From NCBI GenBank assembly GCA_051362555.1, contig CM120640.1, forward strand, positions 29,157,467 to 29,221,466: a stretch of DNA of 64,000 nt, read 5' to 3'. The stretch is from Lingula anatina (lineage: Eukaryota; Animalia; Brachiopoda). This document shows, in pieces, positions 29,570 through 40,852 of this stretch (positions within the stretch are counted from its first letter, which is position 1; each line of letters opens with the position of its first letter). Position numbers and translations under genes: made by a program. The notes beneath the pieces were generated by a model. It was not told the origin of the DNA. It made no database searches and was given only the letters and a program-made list of their open reading frames with translations.

Positions 29570-30030
29570 ATGTGAAAAAACAGCATAACTTCTAAAATAA
29601 TGGCCCGATTATGCTGATTTTCGAACTTGACCTGCGTTTTAGCAGGATTGATCACTCCTGTGAGTTAAATGACAATTGGCCAATCTGTTTTTCTTATATT
29701 GTGTTTACAGTGTTGCATATATGTTGAAAAGTGAAAGAAAAGCATAACTACTAAAATGGTGGCCCGATCATGCTGATTTTTGAACTTGACCCGTGTTTTA
29801 GTAAGATTGATTACTCCCGTGAGTTTTATGACAACAGGCGTATTGGTTTTCCTTGAAATGTGTTTACAGTGTTGCATATATGCTGAAAAGTGAAAAAACA
29901 GCATAACTTCTACAATAATGGCCTGATCATGCTGATTTTCTAACTTGACCTGCGTTTTAAAAATATTCATCAGCTCTGTAAATATAAAGCCAAAAATCAA
30001 AACTGTGTTCCACTTATCGTGTTTACAATG
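29570..30030. repeat. Core tandem repeat, 3 x 159 bp, inside the HINE-like element
   Basis: AGCATAACT occurs at 29582, 29741 and 29900, each followed by ATGCTGATTTT..AACTTGACC. Confidence 0.92.
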
Positions 30031-30224
30031 AAAGTGCACAGCGCCGGCAACGGCATCGGCGACGGCAGACGCATATGATGGCAATATGTACAGACACATC
30101 TGTGTCTGTACATAAAAATGATTAATCTTGACACTACTTTGCTGTGATTACATGATGGGCAATGCGAATGGACAAAATATGCTGCCATATAACCGACAAC
30201 TGCACTGTGCAAGAGGTTGCCACT

Positions 30225-30693
30225 TGTAGTGCACCATTAATTAGTACTGACAGTCTTCTAAATTTGCATACATGAGATATGCATATTTGTTTAAGTTTTA
30301 ATTATTCAATTGCATATAGGCATGACATTTTGCATGGCAGTTCATTTAAAATGTAAATCAAGATATAATTTAAATGTATTTACAATGAAGTTTTACGTAA
30401 TTATGTAGGCATGGCATGTTTCATGACAGTTATGAAAGTTAATTTAAAATGCAAATTAAGATAGAGTATAAAGGCAGTGACTGAGCCACAGGGAGGGATA
30501 TACTAACAGACTGAGAGAGTGTTAGAGACAGAATTATAGATACCACAGAGAGAGATGAAGAGAGAGAGCAGAGGCCGGAGTCTTCAGTCGGTTGAATAAA
30601 TCATGTAGCAGAAAACTATACCTGCCTGTCTCAGTTGACTTACTGGTGAAAAAGAAATCAAAGAAAGTGTATAACCACCAACCGGTTATTACA
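30225..30693 (+). mobile_element. Solo LTR (469 bp), probably Ty3/Gypsy-type
   Basis: TGTAGT...ATTACA termini; perfect 4-bp TSD CACT (30221-30224 and 30694-30697); TATAAA at ~30467, a purine-rich tract, and AATAAA at ~30595. Confidence 0.85.
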
Positions 30694-31081
30694 CACTGCA
30701 ACTACCCTACTTTAGTTCAGTGAAGAATAGAAGACCCACTGTTCTAATTTTACATTGTCACCAAACCAACACCAGCACCAATTCAGTGTTTCTGTTAAGA
30801 CAAAGGCCACTAACCAGCAATTTTAAAAGGGGGTTCTTTTTCTGAAAAGTGGACCTTTTACCACGAAACCCTCATGTGCCTCAATAAATTTTTACCCAGG
30901 GGGTCATTTTCCCTTTTGCTTAAAAATTCCTGGAAAAAAGAAACAGGAAGTGTGATGATATTTGTGTTAGATCATTTATTTACAAATTTCTAATTCAGTT
31001 CAATTTCAATTTAGTATATAAAGCATACAAAATACATACAGATACTGGATACAGATACTTTACTTCCATTTATCATACATA

Positions 31082-31085
<4 letters not shown>

Positions 31086-31114
<29 letters not shown>
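31086..31114. repeat. (TG)n microsatellite
   Basis: Direct reading. Confidence 0.97.
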
Positions 31115-31116
<2 letters not shown>

Positions 31117-32420
31117 AACACTTCAAAGGTAAACAGGTTTTAGATGAAATCAGTTAAACCTAGCAAATTAACTAGTAAGTGGCCACTCCAAGGTAGATAA
31201 CAGAGACAACGAACCTTGACAGTCAGATTGGCATCTAGCCAAACCGGTTAATATTTGCACTTGCCAATAATACCAGTAATTAACTCTTGCCTAAGTCTAT
31301 TCAGTATGCAATTCCAGGATGTAGAATCTAAAACAGACAAGCAAGATTTTACTGATTTACTTTCTTTGCTAAACACAGAAAAGCATACTCAAACTATAGT
31401 TCAGGTGGAATAGTTCTTGGGTGTAAAAATCAATTAGCCAGCTTTATAGAACCACTTGAAACTGACTCACAAGTCTTCCAATGGTTTCAAATTGATGAAT
31501 CATGCCTAGACTTTGCTGATGACTATATCCTAGATGTTGTGTATATACCTAACTACAGCTCACCAGATGCGATTGATAAAACTGAAAGAGAATTTCTTGT
31601 CATAAACTCTTCATGTGATAAAATTTGCTTAATAGGGGACTTAAATGCTTGAATTGGAACAAATGATGATTTCTGGGCCACAGATGAAGTAACTAGTCCT
31701 GAATCTAATACTGTGACCCAGACATTGACAGATTAAATGATATTTCTAAACTTGATGAGGTAAACATTCCTAGAAAAAGGCAGTCAAAGGATGCCAAGAA
31801 AAATAATTATGTATATAACTTATTAAATCTATGTAAATCAAATAATGTTTTTGGTAGACTAGGAGGAAGGCAATTTCACCACAACCAGGTCAAGTACTGT
31901 AGATTATTGCATATATACATGTATAGGAACATAACACCTATGAATTTATAAGGGGTGTAGCTAACTTTAAAATACTAAATTTATCGAAACTTTTCTCTGA
32001 TATACATTTACCATTGTCTTGTTCACTTAAAGGCTGTCACCCCAAAGAACAAATGGATAAAGTTAAGGATGCAACAGATCATTTTAGTGAAAAAAAATCA
32101 AAGCATGGGTACAATACCAAATGAACCACGTACATTTTGCGATAATATCAATATACAAGAATGTGACAGAATTTTGCAATACATTGATGATCTTAACATA
32201 AAGGATGTTAGTAAGGAGAAAACAGACTTTATCTCAGAAAAACTCAACTCAGCTAAATTAACGCTAGGGACATAAATGTATAAAATTAGTAGTAAAAATG
32301 AAATCCTTAGGAAGAAGAAAAAGAATGTCTGGTTTGACAAAAAATGTTTAGAGACTAAAAAACAATTCAGAAGAGTAAAAAGGTTACAAAAGAAGTATGG
32401 GTAAAATATTTTCAAAACTG

Positions 32421-32446
32421 ATATATATATATATATATATATATAT
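32421..32446. repeat. (AT)13 microsatellite at the point where the LINE is interrupted
   Basis: Direct reading. Confidence 0.95.
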
Positions 32447-32504
32447 TTGAAAATTTACTTGCAATATTAAACGACATTTATCTTCATAATTATCACTGCT
32501 TCCT

Positions 32505-32868
32505 TATTATGGACACTTACCTGGCAGAGAACTTAACCTATGGGAGTTTACAGTATCAACAAGTGTGTGTTTTGTAATCTCATTTAATGGCCATGAATGT
32601 ATCTCCCTGTATTTTATGATAAAAGGGCATGAACTGAAAAAAAGCTCGAAGTTGAAAGAACAAGAGTTGACGGGCAGAGGTTGAGAAAGCAATAGTCGAG
32701 AGAAGAAAAAAGGACTGAGGAGAGACAGAGTATCATCAGGGTATATCAGAGACACAGAGATAGAATACTGTAACCAGAATAATGAAATAAACTGTTTTGT
32801 TGAACCCACCAAGGTAGTCATTTTACAGTCTATTATTTGTTTGACAACTGGCAAATTAAATCATAATA
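32505..32868 (+). mobile_element. Solo-LTR-like insert (364 bp) with non-canonical TA...TA ends
   Basis: Perfect 7-bp terminal inverted repeat TATTATG...CATAATA; flanks TCCT/TCAT (near-TSD); GATAAAAGGG at ~32618, a purine-rich tract and AATAAA at ~32787, the same layout as the 30225 LTR. Confidence 0.6.
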
Positions 32869-34500
32869 TCATTGGCCTATGTGGACCCCGTGAACCTCAC
32901 ACCACATTTTCTGACTTTATTTCACTAAATGGTAGTTTAATCACTAAGAAAGCCGAAATCAAAAGTAGTGAAAAAACACCCTTGGTTCAATAGCACATGT
33001 GCTGAAATTAGGTGTAACATACATGTACATATACTGCAGTAGGCAAATTTTTACATGAAAATCATTGCTCAGACTTATATCTTGAAGTAACAAAGAAATA
33101 TAAAACAACTAATAAATTGCATATAGTGAAAACAGAAGAAAAGAATCTCAAAGAAAAGAATCTCAAAGAATTTTGGCAAGTCTTTGAAAATTTTCAGGAA
33201 AATGAAAGAAGACAAATTTATTATTTGTCTGAAACACTTCCACAAACTCTGGGAATTTAGGGGAACTCCTACAACTAACAGAAACAACATAAAACAACAT
33301 CAAATTAGGTAGATACAGTACATGTAAGTGCATGTGTGTATAAGGGAGGGGGAGGCATACATAGAACCCTTTTATTCCACATAAGGGATTAGCCAAGAAG
33401 ATAAATTACATGTAAGTCCAGCAATTTTCAACACCTTTATAATATCAAATTGGCCCTTAACTCAAACTGTGACAAAGCACTGACCTACAGTGTATATCCT
33501 GTGCAAAGATGATCTAGTACTGCTCTCAGAAACAAGTGATGGCCTACAAAACCAATGAAGAAGTCACAACTTAAAAAGTGGCAACTCCATGTATACTAAG
33601 TGGGAAAAATGCAAAATACATGACATGACAGTCAACAAATATAAGAAGGGAGAAGGAATGCTCAACTCCCTGTCAAACACAGACAAATTTAAAACTTGGC
33701 AGACTGTTATCAGAATCTAACAGAATCTGCTTATAACCCACAGAAAGATAAAATCCCTGAATGCAGTATGTATGATTATTTATCATTATTATTTATATAT
33801 GCAATATACTTATAGTAACTTATAGTAACTGGCTCGCGCTGCCAGTAATTACGCCGCAGGATATTCAGGGCACAGACAGTGATCATAAGACATACCGCGA
33901 ATAGAAAATAGAATTTAGAAAATAGACATTGCATGTGAATGAAGCCTTAATTACTATTAATTTATCAAGTTATAAATTTTTAAGTTGTAAATATTAACAT
34001 TTACAGCACCTTTTGGTGGCATGAGTGAAGGCTGGTAAAATATTTTTGTGTATATTATTAATATCAGTGCTATCTAATGTTATGATAAAGACTATGTTTT
34101 TTTTACTAACTTACCATAAAAGAAAATTGTAGATCTCATTAATGTAATTACCTCAAGGGTATTAATGTTTATAAAAATGCTGGCTTCCTTACAAATTATA
34201 TATTTATTTCATTGTCTAAAACACTACGTTTGAATGGTCCTTCATGTTTAATGCATTTTTAAGAAACCCCCAGCAAGGCAATGCAAGATTAAGACTTAAA
34301 GGGATAATAACTCTTTGTATGAGATCTATATTTCAAAAAATAAAAACATTGTAAATAAACAACTCATAGAAATATAATATATTCTGTTTTACCACAAAAA
34401 CGGCAGTTATAGCTATTATTCTGATATCTTAGCTTGCCATCAGACCACGAGACCACCATAGATGGCTATACTCTGTAATCATCTCTTAAGAGATTATAAC

Positions 34501-34919
34501 ATAAAACCAAACAAAACTCTACAGTAAGAGATCAGCTTCACTTTCCATCATAAATGGATGAAAGGACAGCTTGGAAAATTGTTGTACGTAAACGTTGTCG
34601 ACGGCTGCACGTCTCTATAAAGTTGACCGCTCGTGCCGGAGGCTGGATACGATCTGACCGCTACTGCTAAGATCTTCAACGCGCACATGTGGGTCACATG
34701 TCAATTAGGACGCGTAACGATTGGTCAAGATGATGTAAGAAGTACGGTAGAGGCACAAGTGGCTGTATAACGGCGCCAGGGCGACTCCCTACTTATTATG
34801 TAACGTCATAAATGGGATTGCGTCTAAGGCCGCAATCTTGTATAAAACCAAACAAAACTCTACAGTAAGAGATCAGCTTCACTTTCCATCATAAATGGAT
34901 GAAAGGACAGCTTGGAAAA
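34501..34919. repeat. 78-bp perfect direct repeat (34501-34578, 34842-34919) flanking a 263-bp CpG-rich insert
   Basis: ATAAAACCAAACAAAACTCTACAG...GGACAGCTTGGAAAA is identical in both copies. Confidence 0.95.
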
Positions 34920-35807
34920 GCCAGTCCAGTAACCTCTGGACCCCTTCCTGTTAATTATTGCCACATGTGGTGGTATTCCTTTAGATCTTTAAGACACACA
35001 GACTGCTGAAGATGATTTTTATCCTTCAGGAAAATCTGTCAGAAGTAGTGGGCAACTAATACAAGAAAAGCATTTGAGGTGATATATTCTTATGCACGAA
35101 ACATGTAGAACATGGTTTGTTAAAATAATTTTCCTTTACTTCATTTTAAACCAAGTAGATAAACACCTCATTACCCATAGACCACTTGTATACATGAAGA
35201 AAAACCCTTGCATGAGGGAATATGCCAAACATATATGTACATGATGCATTTTTTGTGTGATACAATTATTTTCACTTAACTTAATTTGGATATTTGTATT
35301 AGTCCATCTTTATTGATGGCTTCTTACATTTTACATCTAGTAGTGTGTTTATAACCCCTTCCCACCTCACCCAAGTGTCAGAATTATTTATCACATTTTT
35401 TCTTATTATATTATGTTGTGTTGATTGTATTCTTATAATTTTGAAAACCTTAACTTACTCCCATCTGCCACATTACAATATTAACATAGCAAAAAGTTTG
35501 GTTAGCTAGAGTCTAGTTGGTTGATATTGTTTTAACTTTTGTTGGTTTGTTAGTTAACAACCTCTCTTAAAAAGTAATGGATGGCTGTTGAGCAATTTTT
35601 CAGAATTTATCGGATTTGGGTTACCCTCTACCAAAGCCACAGACCATTTTTTTAAAGTTCAGTTTAGTTTAGTTTAGTTTAGTTTATTTCACCATAACAT
35701 ATGCATCCACTTGTGTGTATGAAAATGACAATATGAATACAATTTTTGTGAATATGTTATTAAACAATCACAATGAGTAAGAATATTTACTTTTAAAAAA
35801 AAGTTTC

Positions 35808-37400
35808 TATTACTACTATTACTACTATTATTCAATTGCCGATGAGTGCAGCACTGTCTTGTAGATCCCTCCTAGCAAAAGCGGAGGAGAGAAACTGAGC
35901 TAGTGCAATAAGGGTTTCTTCTTCTTGACATTTCATAATTATAGTAAATTTTTCATCAGTTGTTTCATGGACCTAATGGTCCATGTTTGTTTTTAGGCCA
36001 AAATGTGTATCGTGTTTTGTAAATACCTTATATAACATTGTCCGCAGGTCGTTGTATAGGGGGCATGTTGTGAGAAAGTGTTTTTCGTCTTCAATTTTGT
36101 CTTTAGAACAGTAATGGCATATTCTGTCGGTCCGAGGAGTGTTATTGTATCTGCCTGTTTCAATGTGGAGTTTATGCCCACTGGTGCAAAAACGGCTTAG
36201 GTTTTTTCTTTTATCAGTATCGTGGAGAAGGTCTAGATATTTTTCTTTTTTGAATGTATTTTTGAATTGGCAATATACTCTGGATTTGGATTTGTCCTCA
36301 AGCTCACTGTGCCAGTTTTGTATGTACCCACTGATGATTCGTTCTCTGAAGATACTTAGGAAATTTATGTCAGGATTCTGTTTTAGCCATACATCTCCAA
36401 ATCTGTTTTCAAACAAGAGTTTCATAATACCTTCACTCCATGAGAGGTTATCATCGTTCAGATTTGACAGACTTTTTGTTGTGAGTAAATTGTAATAATG
36501 TAATTCATCTAGGTATGCTTGTTTGAGTAGGTTGTTTTCGTCTGTGTGTAATATTTTGAGCCAAAAATTTACTAATTGTATGTTAATTTTTATGTAAGCA
36601 GGAATCCTTCCGGTCTCTCCTCTTACTGTGTGGTTTGAAGTTTTTGGGTGAACACCTAAAATTTGTTTACTAAAACTGAGATTCAGCTTTTCCGATGGAG
36701 ATCTGTCTGTAAGAGGGGTATATCTCCAGACCTCTGATCCGTACGATGCAATTGGCATTATGATTGTATCGAAAAGTTTTTCCTTGAGGGATGATTTAAC
36801 AGGGCTGGTTAGAGGAAAGTAACTTTTTAGTGCGAAAAAGGCTTTTTGTACTTTTTCTTTTAATCTTGTTTGAGCTGCAGTGAATTTGCCAGATCTAGTG
36901 AAAAGAATTCCTAGGTAATTGTAGCTAGACGAGATAGTGAGTAGTTTACCGCCAATGTTAAATTTGTGTTTGCTTTGAGTGGTGCCGTCCGTGATTTTTC
37001 CCTTGCTGTTGAAAATGACAACTTGGGTTTTTTTTAATGTTTATCGAAAGTCTCCATAGTTTACAATACGTTTTTAGACAATCCAGGATATATTGGAGAC
37101 CTAATGGGCTTTTCGAAAAGAGAACTAGGTCATCAGCATAGAATAGCCCAGACACCGGTTTGTTATTGATCAGAGGGGGGTCACTTTTTGAATTGTCTAT
37201 ACCTCTTAGTAAATCGTCTACAAATAGGTTAAACAAGAATGGGCTTATAGAGTATCCCCTTGCTTGACACCTTTTATATGTGAAGAATGAATCGGTGATG
37301 CCCAAAGGGGTTTTAACACAAGCTGTTGCATGACTATACATGGTTTTGATGTTTCTGTAAAATTTCCCACCGACCCCAAGCTTTAACAGTTTATACAGTT
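35808..37400 (-). pseudogene. 5'-truncated LINE (RTE-X-like), RT plus C-terminal Cys/His domain, frameshifted
   Basis: ORF 36958-37341 has SPFLFNLFVDDL and LFYADDLVLFS. ORF 35973-36758 has YGSEVW, VRGETGR and HKLHIETGRY..RICHYC...IEDEKHFLTTCPLY. There is a (TAG/TAA)n-like tail at 35808-35832. Confidence 0.93.
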
Positions 37401-39017
37401 TTAAATATATATGTCATATTCACAGATATATGTTTAAGGTTAATACACGGCACATTTCCCTAGTGTGAGTTGGAGAAAAGTGCACATAATTAGTCTGTTG
37501 CCCTGGTAGAAAGAGGAGTCTGGTAGTGATTTGAGCTGCCTTTGTTTAAGGTCTATAATCAGTGCTTTTCCACTTTCTTTTATAACTATGGTCTACTTCA
37601 GCAACCCAGGGCTAAGATTACACACAGCAAAATGCAGTGTTCCCTGTCTGCAGCTGGGTGATGTTATGTAATACACTGAGTTGCTTCATTGTTTTTATCA
37701 CAGCGATTTTCTCTAATTATGCAAAGTGTTGTTTTATAATGCAAATGCTCATTCAGGGCAGCATGATGCTATCTTTTGCAATTTTGATAACAACACATTT
37801 TTACTTATACACAAAGTCCTGTTTGATGATGCACACCAACAGCAGCCTTGCAGGGTTCACTGGTTACATAGAGAAATAGAAGCCAAAAATGTGAATGACA
37901 TATTTAAGGAATAAAGTAATAAGAAATTTATAGCCTTGGTTGTTGTCTATTCTGCTATACATATTACCATAAGCTGCTGGAAATAACATTTATGTACAAC
38001 TTAATATGGCCATACATTGTTATCCAGGTATATATTTGCCAATGTTTATATCACATTGATAAACACACAGATAAACACACACTATAAGAAATTGCTGCTA
38101 CACAGTCAAGTCCACATAGCACATATCTACTTAAGGTAAACCTACACCTATTCATACAGGTGAAATGCTGACCTAGTTAATTTACCCGCCAAAATTCAGT
38201 GCTCTTACTATGCTGCATAGTGGTGCTTACATGACAACTTTTAATAGTAAGGAGGTATATATATATTTTAAGGAGCTCAGTTTTTGAATAACACTTTTGT
38301 TGCAGTAACAAGTACTATAAAAAAAAATGTCAACTGGCTATTAGCAACAAGCCCTACATTAAGAATTTTAGCATGAAGAGGTGAGATTCGAGTTGACTTA
38401 ACCCTATGGCAGGATATAAAGAAGCCAGTTAAAAAGAAATCAAGACAGATGAATGTAATATTTTCTGTTTGGCATAATCCAACCAACTTATTTCTCCAGC
38501 TTTTAAATTCATTGGCAGAAACTAGACAATCAGCTGTATAACATATGTCAGCTACTGAGTACAGTTGATATGGATGGGGATTCTTTGTTTGTCAAAACTG
38601 CAGCCAAGAACCACTGTGTTGATAAAACTTAGATAAAAAATAATTGAGAATTTTACATATAATGCTGTTTGGGAAAACAAAGTGGCATGGACAGAAGTTT
38701 CGATATGCTGGCAGCCAGTGAAAATAAACACTGATCATTATCTATCATATTACACACTCAATAAAAATCAATTTACCTAGAATACTTGACACAAATATAT
38801 TATGGCAGAAAAACACTGTAATGCAACTGCATCTACTGGTACATAGTTTGAATCAAGAAATTTCAAGAGATAAGTACAGCTTTTGTTTTTGACCTTTTTT
38901 TATCCTAGCTTTTATCCCTATTTTTAATCAAATGAATAAACAGATTCAGCTATGTTTGTACGCTCCCTATGATAATAATAAAATGATAGGAATAGTATTT
39001 TTTAAATAAATTTAAAT

Positions 39018-39219
39018 GTGTGCGTGCGTGCGTGCGTGCGTGCGTGCGTGTGTGCGTGCGTGCGAGTGTTTCGATGAATGGCTGTTTAGATGGTCATGGA
39101 TGCTGTCCTTTTTCATAAATATAACCAGTGCCATAGTGCTAAATCATTCCATCTGTCACCACATTGGTAATCCATAAATCAGTGCAATTACAAAGGTTAC
39201 ATACAGATTTCATTACCTC

Positions 39220-39250
<31 letters not shown>

Positions 39251-39497
39251 ACACACAATAAAAAAAGACTAAAGCGTGTTTAATATGGAGAGCTGCTGTT
39301 ATGTTATCTGCCAGCAAAGTCCACTACAGGTATATTTGTTTGGTAAGGCTCTTTTACCAAGCTGACTGACCTACTTAATGCACAGAATTTCCCGCCAAAA
39401 TTATAGTGCTACTAGGGGCTTGTTATTCTGACTGTGCTTTGTCTGGTGAACCAATACTTGAAGTATAAAGAGTGTGTGAACTCAAACTTAAAGTGTA

Positions 39498-39542
<45 letters not shown>

Positions 39543-39545
39543 TGC
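39018..39545. repeat. Microsatellite cluster: (GCGT)n 39018-39065; poly-C plus (CA)n 39219-39257; (TG)n 39499-39535
   Basis: Direct reading. Confidence 0.95.
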
Positions 39546-40103
39546 ATGCGTGTTGCATACAGTACAATTTCAGGAATTTTACACCTCAGATGCCAGCTTA
39601 TTTACCAGTAGCTATCAATGGAAAACAGCTATTAATATTGTTAAAAAAATCTCTCTTCCTCTAGTAGTATTTACATGTATATAAACAAAGGGTTAATTAT
39701 CTGCTGTGGTAAAACTGGGGCATATAAATATGTATTGAAGTGGGGGGTCATTGAAGTGAATAAATAATGACAATAACGAGGGATATCTGGACTTCCAAGT
39801 CACACTGAGATAAGACTGAAGAAGCAACTACAATAATGCAGACTTCAGTGCAGATCTGATGGGGAGATTGCTTACAATTTGTTTACACCTGACATATTTT
39901 CATGATTTCAAGTTAATTTGCTTACATAAATGGAAAATTATTCCAACTCCTACTATGCAAAATTTAGGAACAATAACAATAAACATTGAATATTTGGGAA
40001 TTATATGTTAAAGTTTGCAACAAGTACCCGCACCCTAAAATGCAATGTTTTACTGTGATTTTTAAAGATGTAATTCTCTAAAAAAAGGATACAAAACTAC
40101 ACC

Positions 40104-40137
<34 letters not shown>

Positions 40138-40139
40138 AG

Positions 40140-40803
40140 TAGATAATCAAAGGATTGAGAGAGTGGGGTCTGCTATCCTAAGGGTTAAGATTAGTAGTGA
40201 TATGAGCTAGGAAAGTAACATTTGTGATATTTGTAAAAAAAGCAAGTAAAAGGCTTCACAACCTTAAGCTTTTGGAAAGAGCGGGTACTCCAACCAATGA
40301 ACTTGTAAGCTTTTACACATCAGTAATATCAGACCTACATTAGAATAAGCATGCCAGGTGTGACTCCCAGGTCTCACACAAGAACAAGTTGATAAAATTG
40401 AATCCATCCTGATGAGAGCATGAAAGATTATATTCCCAGAGCTGCCATATGATGGGGCACTTGAAATGTATAAACTTATCACTCTTGCTTGTAGAAGAGA
40501 TGAACTATCTAAAACATTATTGCATAACGTGTACTCCGAAGGACACAAAACCCATCATTTGCTACCAGAGATTAATGAATGTTTCTATACTTTGCACCAG
40601 GTTTATAAGTACACAGTGCCAAAAACTGAGGACTGTCTGATTGTTAAAAAATTTTATCCCATGGGCTTTATCAAATTTTATGAACTGAGGTTTTTATGAA
40701 CTTTAAATGTGTATCGAATAATTTTAACACTTCCAAGTATATGTTAAGATTGTGCATACTATTTCTTTTATTGTAAATTCCAACTTTTTAAGTTGCAAAT
40801 ACA

Positions 40804-40851
<48 letters not shown>
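40140..40851 (+). pseudogene. 5'-truncated CR1/L2-group LINE 3' end with (ATT)n tail; preceded by (CTTA)n at 40104-40137
   Basis: IERV..ISSDMS*..ICKKASKRLH.LKLLERAG and IRPTLE*ACQV*..LT..Q.DKIESI..RA*KIIFP.L.Y..AL...L.TL..RR match the CR1-group C-terminus. The (ATT)n run is at 40806-40851. Confidence 0.88.

Positions 40852-40852
<1 letters not shown>

Larger units (their letters stand above)
28001..30118 (-). mobile_element. Non-autonomous Helentron/HINE (DINE-1-like architecture) element with internal tandem arrays
   Basis: One end has a perfect 14-bp stem, TATGTACAGACACA-tc-TGTGTCTGTACATA (30085-30114), beside an A/T run and a (CGGCAA/CGGCGA)-like microsatellite (~30044-30070). The other end has the matching subterminal motif ATGTACAGACA (28023-28033), a small hairpin CAGC-aaa-GCTG and an AACAAG terminus. 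Confidence 0.7.
31250..33600 (+). pseudogene. Highly degenerate LINE ORF2 (APE endonuclease plus RT remnants; RTE-X-like), interrupted at ~32420-33070
   Basis: Remnants SSGGIVLG, VVYIP, ICLIGDLNA, RQSKD..KNNY..LLNLCK, STVDYCI and FSDIHLPL (APE); WFDKKC; KEFW; SPAIFNTFI and DDLVLLSETSDGLQ (RT). Clade assignment is inference. Confidence 0.85.

Noticed and set aside
29665-30099. 144-aa ORF with internal repeats
   Set aside because: It is explained by the 159-bp core repeat (a multiple of 3) of the HINE-like element.
32515-32527. ACTTACCTGGCAG matching the U1 snRNA 5' end
   Set aside because: Only 13 nt match and no further U1 sequence follows; it is equivalent to a consensus splice donor on the minus strand.
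39434-39684. ORFs with poly-(CV) tracts
   Set aside because: They are translations of the (TG)n microsatellite.
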